Shown piece by piece: positions 51,424-63,640 of a stretch of 64,000 nt of DNA; within the stretch, counting starts at the first letter, position 1; each line of letters opens with the position of its first letter. A program made the translations under genes and the position numbers. Source of the DNA: Camelus dromedarius (Eukaryota); NCBI RefSeq assembly GCF_036321535.1, contig NC_087447.1, positions 40,178,001 to 40,242,000 on the forward strand, given 5' to 3'. The notes under the pieces were generated by a model. It was not told where the DNA came from. It did no database searches and saw nothing but the letters and a program-made list of their open reading frames with translations.

Positions 51424-51445
51424 AAAAAAAAAAAAAAAAAAAAAA
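51424..51445. repeat. (A)22 homopolymer
   Basis: Direct observation. Confidence 0.95.
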
Positions 51446-52710
51446 GGAAAAAAATAGCCAAAGTTCACTCATTCAACAAATATTTATTGAATTCCTCTTA
51501 TGGCCTTGGCCCTCCAGACATTTGCATATGGTTGGAGCTTAGTAGAGTAGAAAGATGAGGGAATTTATAAACAGGAGGCCTGGGCTGTGGCCCAGCTCAG
51601 CCCGTAGGCAGCAACATTAACTGTGGGCAGGTTAAAATTTGACCTGTCTGAGTCAAATTTCTCATCTGTAAAATGGGAGTAAATCCACCTGCTTTATTAT
51701 GAAGATGAAATGATCTTGATGGAATGTAGAGTATAAGGTAAACCTAAGGTGTAAACCTTCCCTACAGAAGTTTATAACCTGGTCGTGTTTTGGAAAATAA
51801 CCCAAGGTACCCATTTGGCAAACCTCACATTCTCTGTAATTTGGGCAAAGTGTATGTTTCAACCTGCCAGTGGAGACAGAGCCTCCAGTCAGCCCCAGGC
51901 TCCCAGTCTGGGTGCCCCAGAAGTTGCAAGAAGGGGTGGGTAAAACTGGAAAGAGCAGCCAGGGCCTACCTGGCCCTGTATCACGCCTGGACCGAATGAA
52001 TGTTCCAGGAGAGCCCTAAGGTTGGGAGGCGGGGAAAGACCAACTGGAAGTGAGGTCAATGAGAAATAAAACAAAATGAAAGGAGTGAGCTGGCCAGAAA
52101 TGCACACACTTCCCTCCCCACACACATTTCAGACAATGATGGAATTCTCTGTGCATGGTCCGATCCTCCTCTGCAGACACGTTCTACTTTCTGTGTTTCT
52201 CCAGGAAGGGGGAGGGGTTCTTAGGCCACAGCAGGCTGGCTGATCAGGACCTTTTTGACCAGACATTAAGGACCAGAATTATTGGAGCGGCTTTCCCCTT
52301 TGTCCAGCCAATCCCTTCTCATCCTACTGCTCAGGACCTCAACATGGACTCCTCACTCCCATGGATCCTTGGTGCCCACCAGGCCAGCCTCTGAATCCCC
52401 AGCCATACCTGCCAGCTGCCCCTCTTCTGGGCCCTCCACCCTGCTCCAAGTTGGACACTAATGCTCTCCCCTCATCGCCCCCCACCCCCTTCCTCCCTCC
52501 GCCGGGCTCTGGCCCCGGTCTCACACCTCCAGAAAAGCTCTTGGAGGGAGAGCCAGTTTTATTCATGTCTCCCGTTCCTCTAACTCAGGGCATTCTTTAG
52601 GTTCTTCACCCTCCTGTAAATGTAGACTGATGGTCCCAAAACGTTCTCGGAAGGCTGTACACAGAAGGGAGGCAGCGGAGGAGGGAGGAGCCAGGGAGAG
52701 AGCGCTAGAC

Positions 52711-52860
52711 TACATACAGTACAGTCAATGTAGCCAGTACGTTATAATAGCTATAAATGGAGTGCAAACTTTAAAACCTGTGATTCACTACATTGTACAC
52801 CTGTAACTTACACAATATTGTACATCAACTACATTTCAATACTTTTTTAAAAAAAAGAAA
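52711..52860 (+). mobile_element. 5'-truncated L1 3' end with A tail, inserted into a MIR-like sequence
   Basis: gattcactacattgtacacctgtaacttacacaatattgtacatcaactacatttcaat + A tail; TSD core gctagac at 52704-52710 and 52861-52867. Confidence 0.85.
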
Positions 52861-54387
52861 GCTAGACCAGAAGTCCAGGGCCTGCACGCCAGTCCTCCAC
52901 TGGACAGCAGTTGGTTATGTAACTTTAAGGAAGTATCCTCAGGCCAGGTCTCGGTTTCTCTCTTAGGTAATAAGGGGTTTGCTTTAAAAGACGTCTTGGG
53001 TTCTCTCTAATTATAAAACTTGGTGATAGAAACCAGACTAGCCTGGTTCACAAGAGATGCGGGTCCTGGTCCTTAACAGCTTACAGTCTGGCTGCTCAGA
53101 CCTCAGTCTCCACGTCTATAAAATAAATGATGATGATCTGACTACCCCTCCTAAGGTATGCAGCCCCTACAAGACAGAAGGCAGGACCTCGTGAGCCATA
53201 AAGCTCTGGAGAAGCCTCAGGGCCTGAACTCCTTGAGTCAACAGACACTGGTCACCCACTGCCACGTGTCCAGTCCTGCTGAGGGGATGACACTGCCTGG
53301 CTCCAATGGGAAGGCTGGAGGACAGGTCCTTGTCCTCAAGTCTCCCACAGCTGGTTGGGGAGACGGGACGAGAGAACAAAACTCAGCTCAGCCAGGGATG
53401 CACCTGAGGTCTGAACAAAGCACTACAGGAGTGGAGAGGAGTAGGAGAACCCAGCTTTGCTGGGAGGGTGAGGGAAGCGTCTCAGAGGGAATGGCGTGTC
53501 CTGGTTGTGGACATCCGTTTCAGAAGTTGTGGGACTGGAGCCGGGTAGAGAAGAGGCAGACAAGTCTGGAAAGTGAGACTGAGGTTTGACTGGAGGGGGC
53601 CTTGAAGGCCAACAGGAGAGTGACTGACAGGCAGATGTGTCTCAGAGGAAGGTCTCTGGCAGCATTGTAAGAGGACAGAGCAGGGGGACAGAGAGCAGGG
53701 CCAAGAGAGCGGTGGGAAGACTCTTAACATAGTTCATGAGGGTGACTATGCCAAATAAGTCATTACTGACTTTCACCTGCACCAAGCCTTCTAGACCCTA
53801 AATCTCCACGGACCTGCTCAGTCTACAGAAAGATGTGAACAGGTTTGCTGTCCTTAGAATGGAACCCAAGCAGAGGAAGATGCTGTGATCACATTTTCAA
53901 CTCTTGGACAAACGGTCTGCCATGCTCTGAAGTCACTCCCTGCAGAAGCTGCCTGGCCAGATTCTTGTTGTGGCACAGATCTGGGCCAGCAGGAGACTGC
54001 AACAGCATCAGAGCTGGACTGATGTCAGCGCCTGACTCCTGACTGGAGTCAGGACAGCTAAACTGCTGGTCTTACTTAGGGGCAGAGGGGGAAAGATTCC
54101 ATCCCCCCAAAGACCATGAGTTACACAGGTCTTTCATGTCCCCAAACATATCTAAGTCTCAATTCCTGCCACCCTCCCTTCTCTGACAGCCTGGGAGGGC
54201 TGTGCGGCCTTGGAGGTTGTAGGCAAAGACAAAGGCGCTTCACCAGCCATTGTTTCTTTCTATGGGGTCACATTCACCTGGGCTTGAAGGAAGAATGCAA
54301 GCACACTTACCCTTTCCAAAGCCTGAAGCCAGCCCCACAAGAGTGACTCGATGGCAGAAAAGAGATCCACCACTGTGACTTACTCAC

Positions 54388-54458
54388 TTGATTCTTATGC
54401 ATCACGATGACAAACGTCAGCTCCTTTCAGGATGACCCATGCACAGGTTGCCATGTTC
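54388..54458 (-). other. MICAL2: MICAL2 non-coding 5'UTR exon (71 nt; equivalent of human exon 2)
   Basis: Acceptor ctcttgtttttaaAG|GAACATGG and donor AATCAA|GTGAGT. Length and the approximately 20 kb spacing to the coding exon agree with the recalled human structure, and the spliced junction ...AAGAATCAA/GTGTGACG... matches the recalled mRNA. Confidence 0.82.
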
Positions 54459-57059
54459 CTTTAAAAACAAGAGCCCAAATGAATGTCAAGTACAATATCT
54501 TACATTACAGCCTCCTACTGCCTCCCCATCAGGAGGCCCCACATGCCGTGCACTTTGCCCTGTAGTAACACTTTATCTGACAAGAGGAAATGGACAGAGA
54601 ATGTCTCTGCTACAGGTTCTGCATGTGAAGAAAGGAATTATGAGATGGTTAGACATATTCTACTGTCTGCCACTGTCTGGGTACCCTAAGGCTCATCGCA
54701 CCTCTACGCAAAGGCTTGCAGGGAAAGTATAAGATGGACCTGGGAAAGAATGCTTCACTAGTCGCTTCAGTAAAAACAGAAAATGCCAGAATTTCTACAC
54801 TTAGGACATGATGAAAGTAAATCAAGTTGGTGTAAAAACTTGGTAACAAGTCACCAATGTAAAACTTGTCATATTTCCTAAGGTGGAAAGGTCCAAAAGG
54901 CTGAATAAACTCAGAAGTCGCAAAAGTTGACCATCTGATCGTGGGTGAGTTTCCTAAACAAATTACGATTTTGGCTTCCAATGACCACACCAGTGATTTG
55001 ATTACATCCTCCCTCGTCTGCAGAAAATGCTTCTACACCTGTTTGGAAAATAAAGCCTAGAGTTACAAAACATTTCTAAAGATTTACTACCACAATTCCA
55101 AGTTTCTAAGAAGTAGCCTCAAAAGGACAAAAATTAACACGGATGTAAAACTTGAGAGCTACAAGAAGCAATGCCCCTCCTCTGTGGACATAAGTGCACT
55201 CTGTTCAGTGAGGTAGGAGGCCTACGTGCCCAAAGATAGACACACAAATTCTGTCTAGTACACAAAGGGTTGCATTTAGAGCCTGGGACTCACTGTTTGG
55301 AATTCTCAGACTATTGATGAGAGAAAAGCCACAACTTCCTGAGCACTGGCCATGCATGTAACAAGCGCCATTAGAGACCAGACATGCTTTGTCTCACTGG
55401 CTCCTCACAGACAGGAACAGAGGCTCGGAGAGCAGAAGGCTCTTGCGATGACAGGACTCAGCCCAGGCCCGGCTGAGCCAGCACTCACGGCCTTTCCCAT
55501 CATGCTGAGGTGAGAGGAGTCCCAGCACAGCAGCGACGGGCCCGCACGCCCCACAAGCAGCCACCTGAGCAGAAGCTGCAATCGCAATCATCCCCGTCAT
55601 CATCACCATCATTATCAGGCCACACCGCTCCAGCCCGTGGCAGCTGACAAACAGGCTGGCCTGCCTCCGCCACATTCTCATCAGTCCTTGCTGCTGCCTC
55701 GAGCCAGAAGTCAGAGAGGCATGAGGCCTCCACTCCTCTGCCCCCTGCTTCTCCAGGGAAGCTTCTGGGTACAGTGGGTGGGGAAGCTGGACATCCTGGT
55801 GCAGAATTCCACTGTCAATCTAACCAGGTCTGAGAACCAGGGACCTCCCCCTGCTCCCTAGATCTCAGGGACAGAAGGCCCTACCCACCCTGGGACGTTG
55901 CTGAGACTAACAGCAGGGAAACAGAGGTTCTGCCTGGGCAGTCTGCATGACTGGATGGACGTGGGCATTTCAGGACCCATCTCTAAGAGCTGAGCACCAG
56001 TCCCACAGTGTGGCTGGGCACACTCTGTGATCCAGCCATTCCAAAGGCCAACTCCTACCCTCTGCCTGATCAACACCCAAAAGCAATGCAAGCTCCGCTT
56101 AACTCCACTAAACCAGAAGGCCCTAAGGCCCAGCACCTTCCCTCCCCTCCAGGGGCCTCAGCTTTGTCATTTGCAAAATGAGGAGCACGACCTCACCAAG
56201 GACCCCTTCCAGCTGCCCCATCCACATGCTTTGACTTTTAAAGACCCCCTACAAAGCTAGTCAGTTATTAAAAGGAGGGAGAGGGATTAACTCACACACA
56301 GGCATTATGACAGGCGGTTAGCGCGTGCTATCTCAGATGATCCTCCCAGCAACCCAGTGAGGCAGGCAGGACAGCCGCATCACAGAGGGCAGAATTGAGG
56401 TATGGCCCAGCCCCAGTCCTCACCTGGAGACTGTCACCACTGACCATGGCCGCCTGAGAGTCACAGTGGAGCCAGCTGGAGCCCAGGACCATGCTAGCTC
56501 CCTCGGTAATCCATCAGAATGAGGAAACAACGTCTCCTCTCAGACTGGCCACCATCCCATCCCCAGAAAAGAAGCACAAGTTCCCCAGGCCCCTATGGGC
56601 CTGACTTGGGTGATGCAGGAAAGATTTCCTGTGAGCTTGAGTCACCTCAGTGATGCTGAGGGACATGAGAGGAGCTCAGGGGACCTTCCTCTCTGCTGTT
56701 TTCCAAGCTTAGCTCCATAGAGTCAGAGTCTTCACTGAGGGACCCCAAGCACTTGGAACAGGGGCTGGCACCCACTAGGCCCCCACCATCAATATCTGTT
56801 GAACAGAGGAACAAAGAAATTCAGAGCTTGGGTGCACTGAGGGCTTGTTCAAGAACCCTCCGGAGTGAGTTAGTGTGAGACACACCAAAACCAGCATAGA
56901 ATCACAACGCCAGCCCCCCAGCAGTGTGTGCCAGGCATAGTTCTCCACACCCCAGGCCAGGACGGAGGACGAAGGCTTAGATGGTGAGCCAGGTCTGCTC
57001 TTTATCCCAATCGCCAGGGGAGCAACTGACAGAGCAGGAGGTATGTCTGAATACAAAGG

Positions 57060-57550
57060 CTACCCAGCAAAGTGGTCAAGAGCTCAGGCCATGGGATTCC
57101 TAGCCTGGCTCTGTCACTTTAAATTAGTCAGGTGGCCCCAGGCAAGTCACATACTCTCTGTGAGCCTCAGTTTCTTATCTAAAAATGGGAATGATGCTAG
57201 TGCCTACTCCACAGAGCTGTTCTGAAGATGAAATGAGATAATGCTGTAAAGGACACAGCCCAGTGTTTAGTTCTAAGCGCTTGGTGATGGCATCTGCTGA
57301 ATTGTCTGCATCAGAGTCGGTGGTTAAGAGCACACCTGGAGTCCTCTGCTTGGGTTCAGTCCCAGCTCTCCTACCAGCTAGCTCTGTGACCGAGGGCAGA
57401 TTGCTTCAACTCTCTATGCCTCAGCTTCCTGGTATATAAAATAGGATTGATTGTGAAGATTAAATGAGTTCTGTAGGTAAAGAGCTTAGAATAATTTCTG
57501 GCACAAAGTAAGCACGTGATAAAAGTGAGTTCGTCTTACACATAATTATT
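57060..57550 (+). mobile_element. Two tandem MIR SINEs
   Basis: ctctgtgagcctcagtttcttatctaaaaatggg; ggtggttaagagcac...ctctatgcctcagcttcc...gattaaatgagtt. Confidence 0.85.
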
Positions 57551-57574
57551 AATACCACTAGCATCCTTTTCCCT

Positions 57575-57980
57575 TTGTTCCAATAACAGATGCCACCCCA
57601 TCCCTCACTCACCAGCCAAAAAGGTGGGCATGGGATTCAAGATAGGTACATCAAAGTATCTTTCCTTCTTGGCCACATTCTTAGGTACAAAGGGTGTGCC
57701 CATGCTCCAAGCTGGGCCAAGTTCCAATCTAAAAAATCCTGGGGAAGACCTGGTACTCTTGGGTCATTGCAGGGCCATGTGGGTCAGCTGGGAGCTGCCT
57801 GCAGCCATGGACTAAGTCCGGGATGCTAGAAGTCACCTGTTCTCTTTCTGGGGCTGGATTCTGCAGCAGCTACTTTGAGTCTCTGCATTTCCCTTAGAAC
57901 CTTCCAAGGTATCTTATTTTTACTTAAGCTCATTCAAGTTGGGTTCCTGTCACTTGAAACCCAAAGAGCCCCAACTAACA
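57575..57980 (+). mobile_element. MLT1-type LTR remnant
   Basis: ttacttaagctcattcaagttgggttcctgtcacttgaaacccaaagagccccaactaa is a typical MLT1 3' end. Confidence 0.7.
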
Positions 57981-60049
57981 GCAGCACTCAGCAATCAGCT
58001 GCTCTATTATTACTAAATCCTGCCCATAAAGAAAAGCCAGCTGCACCCTCTCAGTGAGACCCAGGCGACCAGGGGAAAGCAAACACGGGCAACAATTCAT
58101 CTCTACAAACTGAGGTGAGAGGAGCCGCTGCAGCCTCTGGACAAATGCCCCTCCTGGAAGAGGAGGGTACTGGAACCAAAAAAGTGAATAGCCCATTCCT
58201 GAGGGCCTGGGCTGGAAACCCAGCCTCAGACGTGGGTCCCCTTGTCCTGAGCATTAGGAAGAGGAAAAAGAGGAAGCAGGAGACTGAGCTGATTTCCACT
58301 GGCTTCACGTGGTGCAGGAAAACATCCAGGTAGCTGCTTGAAACGATTCTTTTTGGAGGAGGAAGGGTGGTTGAGGGAAGAGAAATTAGCTTGCATGAGC
58401 TCTTAAATCACTCTCTCACTGGTACGATCACATCTAACCTTCAGTATAGCCCTAGAAGCTGGATGCTCATCCAACCCATTTTCCAGGTGAGGAGACTGAG
58501 GCTCAGAGAGCTCAGTAACTAACTCGTCAAGGTCACACCACTCGTGCCCGCTGCCTGGTCCACCCATCAGGCTACCTCCTCAGCACCCTCTAATCTCTGA
58601 GCCTGAGGCCCCCTTGTCACACAGGCACGTCTGCTGCCACTCATACCTGTGTGCAGACCTAACCAAGGGAGATGGGATGTGCTGCAACCCCCTCATCTAC
58701 AATGGGCACCCCACCCAGAGACAGCCTCCCAGACGAAGGGGCTGCCCTAAGGTACCAACAGGCAGCATCTTGGATGTTTCCTTATCCCATGGAGAAGTTT
58801 TTTTGGGGGGGGAAATTGTTTGGTTTTTATTTTTGTTTATTTCTCAGTCACCTTTCCCAAGAAATTCTGACTCAACAGGCACAACAAAAACGCCTGACAC
58901 ATAGCCTGGGCTGAATAATATAATCTTTACTTGGTCTCATTTTCTTGCCACCTCCTGGGCCAGCACCCGAAGAGAATCTATTCCTGTACCCCCAGGCCTT
59001 CTAATAGCACCCTCTTAATTCTGTCCAGGAAAAGAAGCTCCACCTTCAGATGTGTTTTAAAGAGTTTTAGAGAAACGGAAGTAAAAACCCAAACCCCAGC
59101 CTGGTAGCAAAAACAAAGAACCAAAACACACTGGTTGCCTCCCCCATCTCCTGCAGCACAAGCTGTGGGGTGAACACAGGAACCAATACGCACAGCCATC
59201 GTCTTTCTCAGGTCCCTGGGAGCTCGACTCCAAGATCTGCACAGATGTAAACTAAATAACCAGTGGGGTGAGGATGATACAGACACAAACATCAGCTGGT
59301 ACCAAAGGAGACTTAGCTGGAAAAGGAAGTGGCAGCTTCCAACATTCGCTGGAGAAGAAGGGGAGACCATGATCTGCAATGATGTAAAAGCCATCCTGAC
59401 TACAATAATGACAGGAAGAGCATCCTCGGCAGGGCCCCGGCGGCACCCGTGGGCGTGGGGAAGTTCGGTAAGCCATCCCAGAGGAGCCTCACCCACGGAC
59501 CCACGCAAGACACACACTCCACCAGGCCACACGCCACCCAGAGCCTGCCTGCCAGCTAACAGCTTTTGTTTACTTTCCAGCAGCTAGGCTCAGGCTGTGA
59601 CCGCCTCAGGCATGAGGGATTATCCAGGTAGGTTATTTCCCTGACTGTTCTTGTTCTTTTCATAGCTTTTTTCTCTGCTGTTTAAAAATAAATGCATTAA
59701 TTAAAAGGGACTGGCTGATCTTCCTCCAGAGCATGACTTGGTTTCCCTCCTTCTTGGCTAGGTGCAGTGGGGTACCATGCTGCTCGGCACGACCTGCTGC
59801 TGGAATGGTACGCAGCACGTGGCACACTGGGTCAGCTAGACATCCGAAGGGATGGAATGCTCCAGGGGTCCCATTTCCTGCCCACCCCCCAACCTGGTTC
59901 CCATTAAATCATCCAAGAAAAATTATTCAATAAACCTGCGCTGCGTTTCCTGGCTCAGGCTGTGAAGATACCAAAAAGTATGGGAACTAGGGAGTCTGAG
60001 CTTGGGAAGCAAAAGCAGCAGAAGGAAGAGTGGTGGTGCCTCAGGGCCA

Positions 60050-60450
60050 GCAGCCGCACTGGGGCTTGCATGTCAGCCTCACTGCCTGCAGGTTTTTAGA
60101 CCTTGGGCAAGTCATTTCAGCACCGAGGCTCATAGCAGATGGTATCTACCTTATAAAGCTGAGGTGTGGGCTAAATAAGACAATGCACATCAAAGAATAA
60201 AGGCTGCCACATGTTAGTCATTTACTATGGGCCAGGAACTGCATGCTAAGTGCTTTGTGTAGATTATTTCACCAGGGCCTTACAACTTCCCTGTAAAGTA
60301 GGCACCACATCCTCAAATTCAGGTAAGGAAACCAAGACTCAGAGAAATCAAAGCACCTACCCAAATGCACACAGCTCATAAGAATCAGAGCTAGAGCACA
60401 CACCCAGGCCAGTCAGACTCCAAAGCCCTAGGCTCTGCTCTGCTGTCTGA
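60050..60450. mobile_element. Two MIR copies in opposite orientation
   Basis: gaccttgggcaagtcattt (+) then gctaagtgctttg...aggaaaccaagactcagaga (-). Confidence 0.65.
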
Positions 60451-62684
60451 CAGGTGCTCAAAACACATTATATAACATGTAAATGCCGAACTGGAGGCTG
60501 CTGGCTCTCCACCCAGGAGGCATATGGAGACAAGAAGGGGAGTTTTGGCTGAGAGCATTTAGGAAGACTTCCTGAAGTAGTTAGGGCTCAATCTCTGCCT
60601 TGGAGGGTGAGGATGGAGGAAGGCCAAGGAGAAAAGGAAGGGACTGCAAACTAGAAAAACCACAGCAAAGAGCTGGAGGCTGGGGTGACCCAGGCAGGCA
60701 GGCACAGTGGCAGCAGAGACCAGACAGGCTAGAGAATGAGAGAAAGGGGGACTGCTCTGAGCAAGGGATGGGCGCCTGGGCCATTATCTTGGGAGCCATT
60801 CGACCTGTGATCCTTTTCACCCACACCCCAAGGATGGTCCTGTGGCTGCTCCTTTGGTCACACAGTCAACATGGAGGGAATCAAGAATTACGACTATAAA
60901 GGCCCTACCTCCCCTAAGTAGGCTTAGAACCCTGACGAGCAGCTGTTTTTGCCAACTCCCACCTGTGCTGCTGTGCCGACCTGCCAGGCCCAGACTCCAG
61001 CCCAAGCTCCAGGACACCAGGAATCTGAACGCTGCCAGGTGCACGTAAGTACCACCACCACCACCCTGGCACTCAAGGTTCCAAGGAGGGAGAAGAGGGC
61101 ACGGGTCAAAAGGAGGCTGTAGGACATAAGCTCCTCATGGCAGAGGGGACTTCATATTCCTGGGACATGGTAGGTGCTTTCTCAACAACCTGAACCAAAT
61201 GGACGATTCTCTCACTTAAGGAACAACCCTAGAGCTTGATAAGCCTGGATTACAGTCCACTGTGGAGCCCTGGGTATAGTCCCACCTTAGCTGGAAGGAC
61301 CATTTTTCTGTTTGCCTCTTGGAGAGGAAGTGCCACCCCCACCCCCAGCAGTCTCTGCTTTGGCCCCCTGCCGGCAGTCCCCTGCACCCCGAACTCGGTT
61401 CTGAGCCCCACCCCTAGTGCCTGCTCCTCCTCCTAGGTGAAGCCAGGGATGCCAGATGCCGGCTTCCTCCTCCTCCCAGAACAGGTACCCCCTGAGCACG
61501 CCTGTGCTCAGGGACTGCTCCAAATGCTGAAAGCTACAACGCCCTCCCGCTGTCTCAGCTCCCCACCAAGCCCAGCCCAGGCCCCGGGCCCCGCAAAGAA
61601 GGGAAAGTGAGGTGGAGGAGATCTCAGCAACTCTGCTCATTTGACCGTCACATGCTTTTTTGGAAGTAACAGGACCTGGAGGAAGGAGAGGATGAAACAG
61701 AACTGCATAAAGGTCTGTTGGTCACATGGCCTCCTTCCACCCTGCTCAGGAGAAGGGCAAAGGGGAAGTGATGAAGGGGCTTTGTGGGCTGGTCACTCTG
61801 AGCCTCCAGATGGAAGCTGCCTGGGATGGGCAGGGGCGCCTATGTCATTACCTTTTACCCACGAGTCTGTAGGCAAATTACTTAACTCTATGGACCCTTG
61901 ATCTCCTGACCTATTACATGGAGATAATAACCAATGACCACACAGGATGACTGTGAACACTGACATGTGAATGCAGACATGATTAGCAAACTGAAAAATA
62001 TCCTTAGAAATAGCAGACATTTTCCCCAGTCCTGGGAGGTGGGGGCTTCAGGTCAGAACACACGACTGTAAGGGAAAAGATAAACTAGGAACCCATTCCA
62101 TTTGGCAGTTTTTCCAACACCTTCTAGGACAAGGCACAAGTCTCCAGGGATTCAAACATTGAGACTTATTTCACAAAGTCTTTGTGAGTGCTTGCTGTGG
62201 GCCAGGCTGTTCTAAGTATTTACGTGGCCCATCTCATATAATTCTCATAAAAACCCTATGAATGGGTCACAGATGACAAAACTGAGGCACAAAGAAATTC
62301 ACTTCTCATGGCCTCACACAGCTGGTAAATGGTGGAACTGGTATTTGAACCCATCAGAGTCTGCTCCTTCGGCATATGGTCAACCAAGACGAGTCTCAGA
62401 CTCTCTATGTGGCTGAAGGCTCTGATAAGGCCTGCAGAGATGAGTCAGTGAGGGAGGGCCCCAACTCACCCGTGGCTTCTCCTGCCCCTGGGCAGCTCTG
62501 ACTCCTGGGCCAGGGTCCCCACTCACACTTCTCCTGGTGTGTCCTGGAAGTTGGCCACACCTCTGCACTCCCCAGGGCTCCATGGCGTACTGAGGGAGGT
62601 TGATGTAAAAACCTATATGTCAATGTACATTTACATAATAGATCACTCATGAAGTAATTTGTTCTTATTGTAAAACATAGTCCA

Positions 62685-62935
62685 GTGGGGTGGCAAGGGA
62701 TAGATTGGGAGTTCAAAATTTGTAGATACTGACAGGCATATGCAGATTAGATAAACAAGATTATACTGTATAGCACAGGAAAATATATATAAGATCTTGT
62801 GGTTAGCTCACAGTGAAAAAAAATGTGACAATGAATATATGTATGTTCATGTATAACTGAAAAATTGTGCTCTACACTGGAATTTGACAACATTGTAAAA
62901 TGACTGTAACTCAATAAAAGAATGTTTAAAAAAAA
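62685..62935 (+). mobile_element. Relatively young 5'-truncated L1 3'UTR (cetartiodactyl, camelid-like) with A tail
   Basis: ggggtggcaagggatagattgggagttcaaaatttgtagatac...ctgtatagcacagg...gtataactgaaaaattgtgctctacactggaatttgacaacattgtaaaatgactgtaactcaataaaa; TSD-like aaaacatagtcca / aaaagattgtcca. Confidence 0.88.
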
Positions 62936-63424
62936 GATTGTCCATGTCAGACGGAAAAAAAATTTGCAAATTCCAGTTCTGCCACTTACTCTGCTGTATA
63001 ACCTCACGCAAATTTTAGCCTCTCTGAGCCTCGGCTTCTTCCTCAATAAAACATAGTTAACAGTGCTTATCTCAGGCAGTTGTTGCAAAGATGAAATGAG
63101 ATAATATGTCTAGCGCAGCACCTGGAAGACCATAGGCTCAATACATTATGGTTGAATCAGACAACTTTACAAAAGATTTCCATTGGAAAATCATTTTTTT
63201 CACAATAATATTTGGTGGTAATAATAGTACTTTTAAATAGTATTCACCTCCCAGTAAGTTAAATCCATTACATGCATTATTACCTCATTTAACCCTAAAA
63301 AGCATCATTTTTTCATTTGTTGTAGCTTTAGAACAACAGAAAAAATATGTCCAACACATTTATTTTACTCACACACATACACATAGGGACAGAGAAACAG
63401 ATGGTCAAACAAGATAATATACGA

Positions 63425-63640
63425 TAATATACAAGCTTACTTTATGCCAGGTACTGTTCTAAGCATTCTACAGTCAATAATCTATTTCATCCTTTCAAAA
63501 ATGTGCCTAGAAGGTAAGTACCATTTGCTCTCATTTTACAGATATGGAGCTTGAGGCGCAGAGAGGTTAAATAACCTGCCTAACATCACTCAGCCAGGAC
63601 TCAAACCCAGAGCCCACATTCTTAAGCACTGGTATTACAC
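63425..63640 (-). mobile_element. MIR SINE
   Basis: tatgccaggtactgttctaagcatt...cattttacagatatggagcttgaggcgcagagaggttaaataacctgcc. Confidence 0.85.

Noticed and set aside
58978..59532. 184-aa minus-strand ORF (also 10214-10738 and 34404-34892)
   Set aside because: No homology recognised; consistent with chance in GC-moderate intron
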